In this document: positions 63,173 through 64,000 of the stretch, one piece after another
How the letters are laid out: each line of letters starts with the position of its first letter
Position numbering within the stretch: the stretch's first letter is position 1
NCBI RefSeq assembly: GCF_009914755.1
Contig: NC_060929.1
Length of the DNA: 64,000 bases
Reading direction: 5' to 3' (one strand)
Source: the human T2T-CHM13v2.0 reference genome, Homo sapiens
Notes under the pieces: model-generated
Told to the model about the DNA's origin: nothing
The model's database searches: none
Seen by the model: only the letters and a program-made list of their open reading frames with translations
Position numbers and translations under genes: made by a program

Positions 63173-64000
63173 TTATTTTTTTCTTTATTATTATACTTTA
63201 ATTTCTGGTATACATGTGCAGAACATGCAGGTTTGTTACATAGGTATACATGTCCCATGGTGGTTTGCTGCGCACATCAACCCATCATTTACATTAGGTA
63301 TTTCTGTTAATGCTATCCCTCCCCTAGTACCCCACCCCCACCAACAGGCCCCAGTGTGTGATGTTCCCCTCCCTGTGTCCATGTGTTCTCATTGTTCAAC
63401 TCCCACTTATGAGTGAGAATATGCAGTGTTTGGTTTTCTGTTCCTGTGTTAGTTTGCTGAGAATGATGGTGTCCAGCTTCATCCATGTTCCTGCAAAGGA
63501 CATGAACTCATCCTTTTTTATGGCTGCATAGTATTCCATGGTGTATATGTGCCACATTTTTTTTTTTATCATTGATGGACATTTGGGTTGGTTCCAAGTC
63601 TTTGCTATTTTGAAGAGTACTGCAGTAAACATATGTGTGCATGCATCTTTACAGTAGAATGATTTATAATCCTTTGGGTATATACCCAGTAATGGGATTG
63701 CTGGGTCAAAAGGTATTTCTGGTTCTAGATCCTTGGAGAATTGCCACACTGTCTTCAACCATGGTTGAACTAATTTACACTCCCACCAACAGTGTAAAAG
63801 CATTCCTATTTCTTCACATCCTCTCCAGCATCTGTTGTTTCCTGACTTTTTAATGATTGCCATTCTAACTGGCATGAGATGGTATCTCGTCGTGGTTTTG
63901 ATTTGCATTTCTCTGATGACCAGTGATGATGAGCTTTTTTTCATATATTTCTTGGCTGCATAAGTGTCTTCTTTTGAGAAGTGTCTGTTCATATCCTTTG
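63173..64000 (-). mobile_element. L1PA7-like 3' end (continues beyond window)
   Basis: ORF 63396-63992 is the ORF2 C-terminus ([11 protein letters not shown]). 3' UTR CATGGTGGTTTGCTGC...CATCAACCCATCATTTACATTAGG. Confidence 0.92.

Overview
This is primate (catarrhine/human-like: it has AluY and L1PA4-7) nuclear DNA, intergenic or deep intronic, and roughly two thirds is interspersed repeat. I cannot support any intact cellular protein-coding exon, RNA gene or CRISPR array. The long ORFs I can assign are broken LINE-1 ORF1/ORF2, ERVL pol or Alu read-through. Main contents: nested L1s at 1-13 kb; an ERVL (HERV16/ERV3-16A3-like) pol remnant at 15.8-17.9 kb followed by two long near-perfect inverted repeats; L1MC/L1MB/L1ME relics with Alus at 18-24 kb; a MaLR LTR hosting an unidentified polyadenylated, TSD-flanked 450-bp retro-insertion plus a MADE1 split by AluY at 31.8-33.2 kb; a full-length but dead L1PA5-like element at 34.5-40.7 kb that keeps its YY1 site, ZNF93 segment and ORF0 start/splice donor; a MER21 solo LTR; MITEs; and more L1/LTR relics to the end. 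Subfamily names come from recalled consensus sequences, not from a search. The best candidates for something undescribed are the orphan retrocopy (31883-32334), the twin hairpins (17632-17995) and a diverged ~170-bp element present twice (about 42.2 kb and 46.15 kb). None of these is demonstrated to be a functional system.
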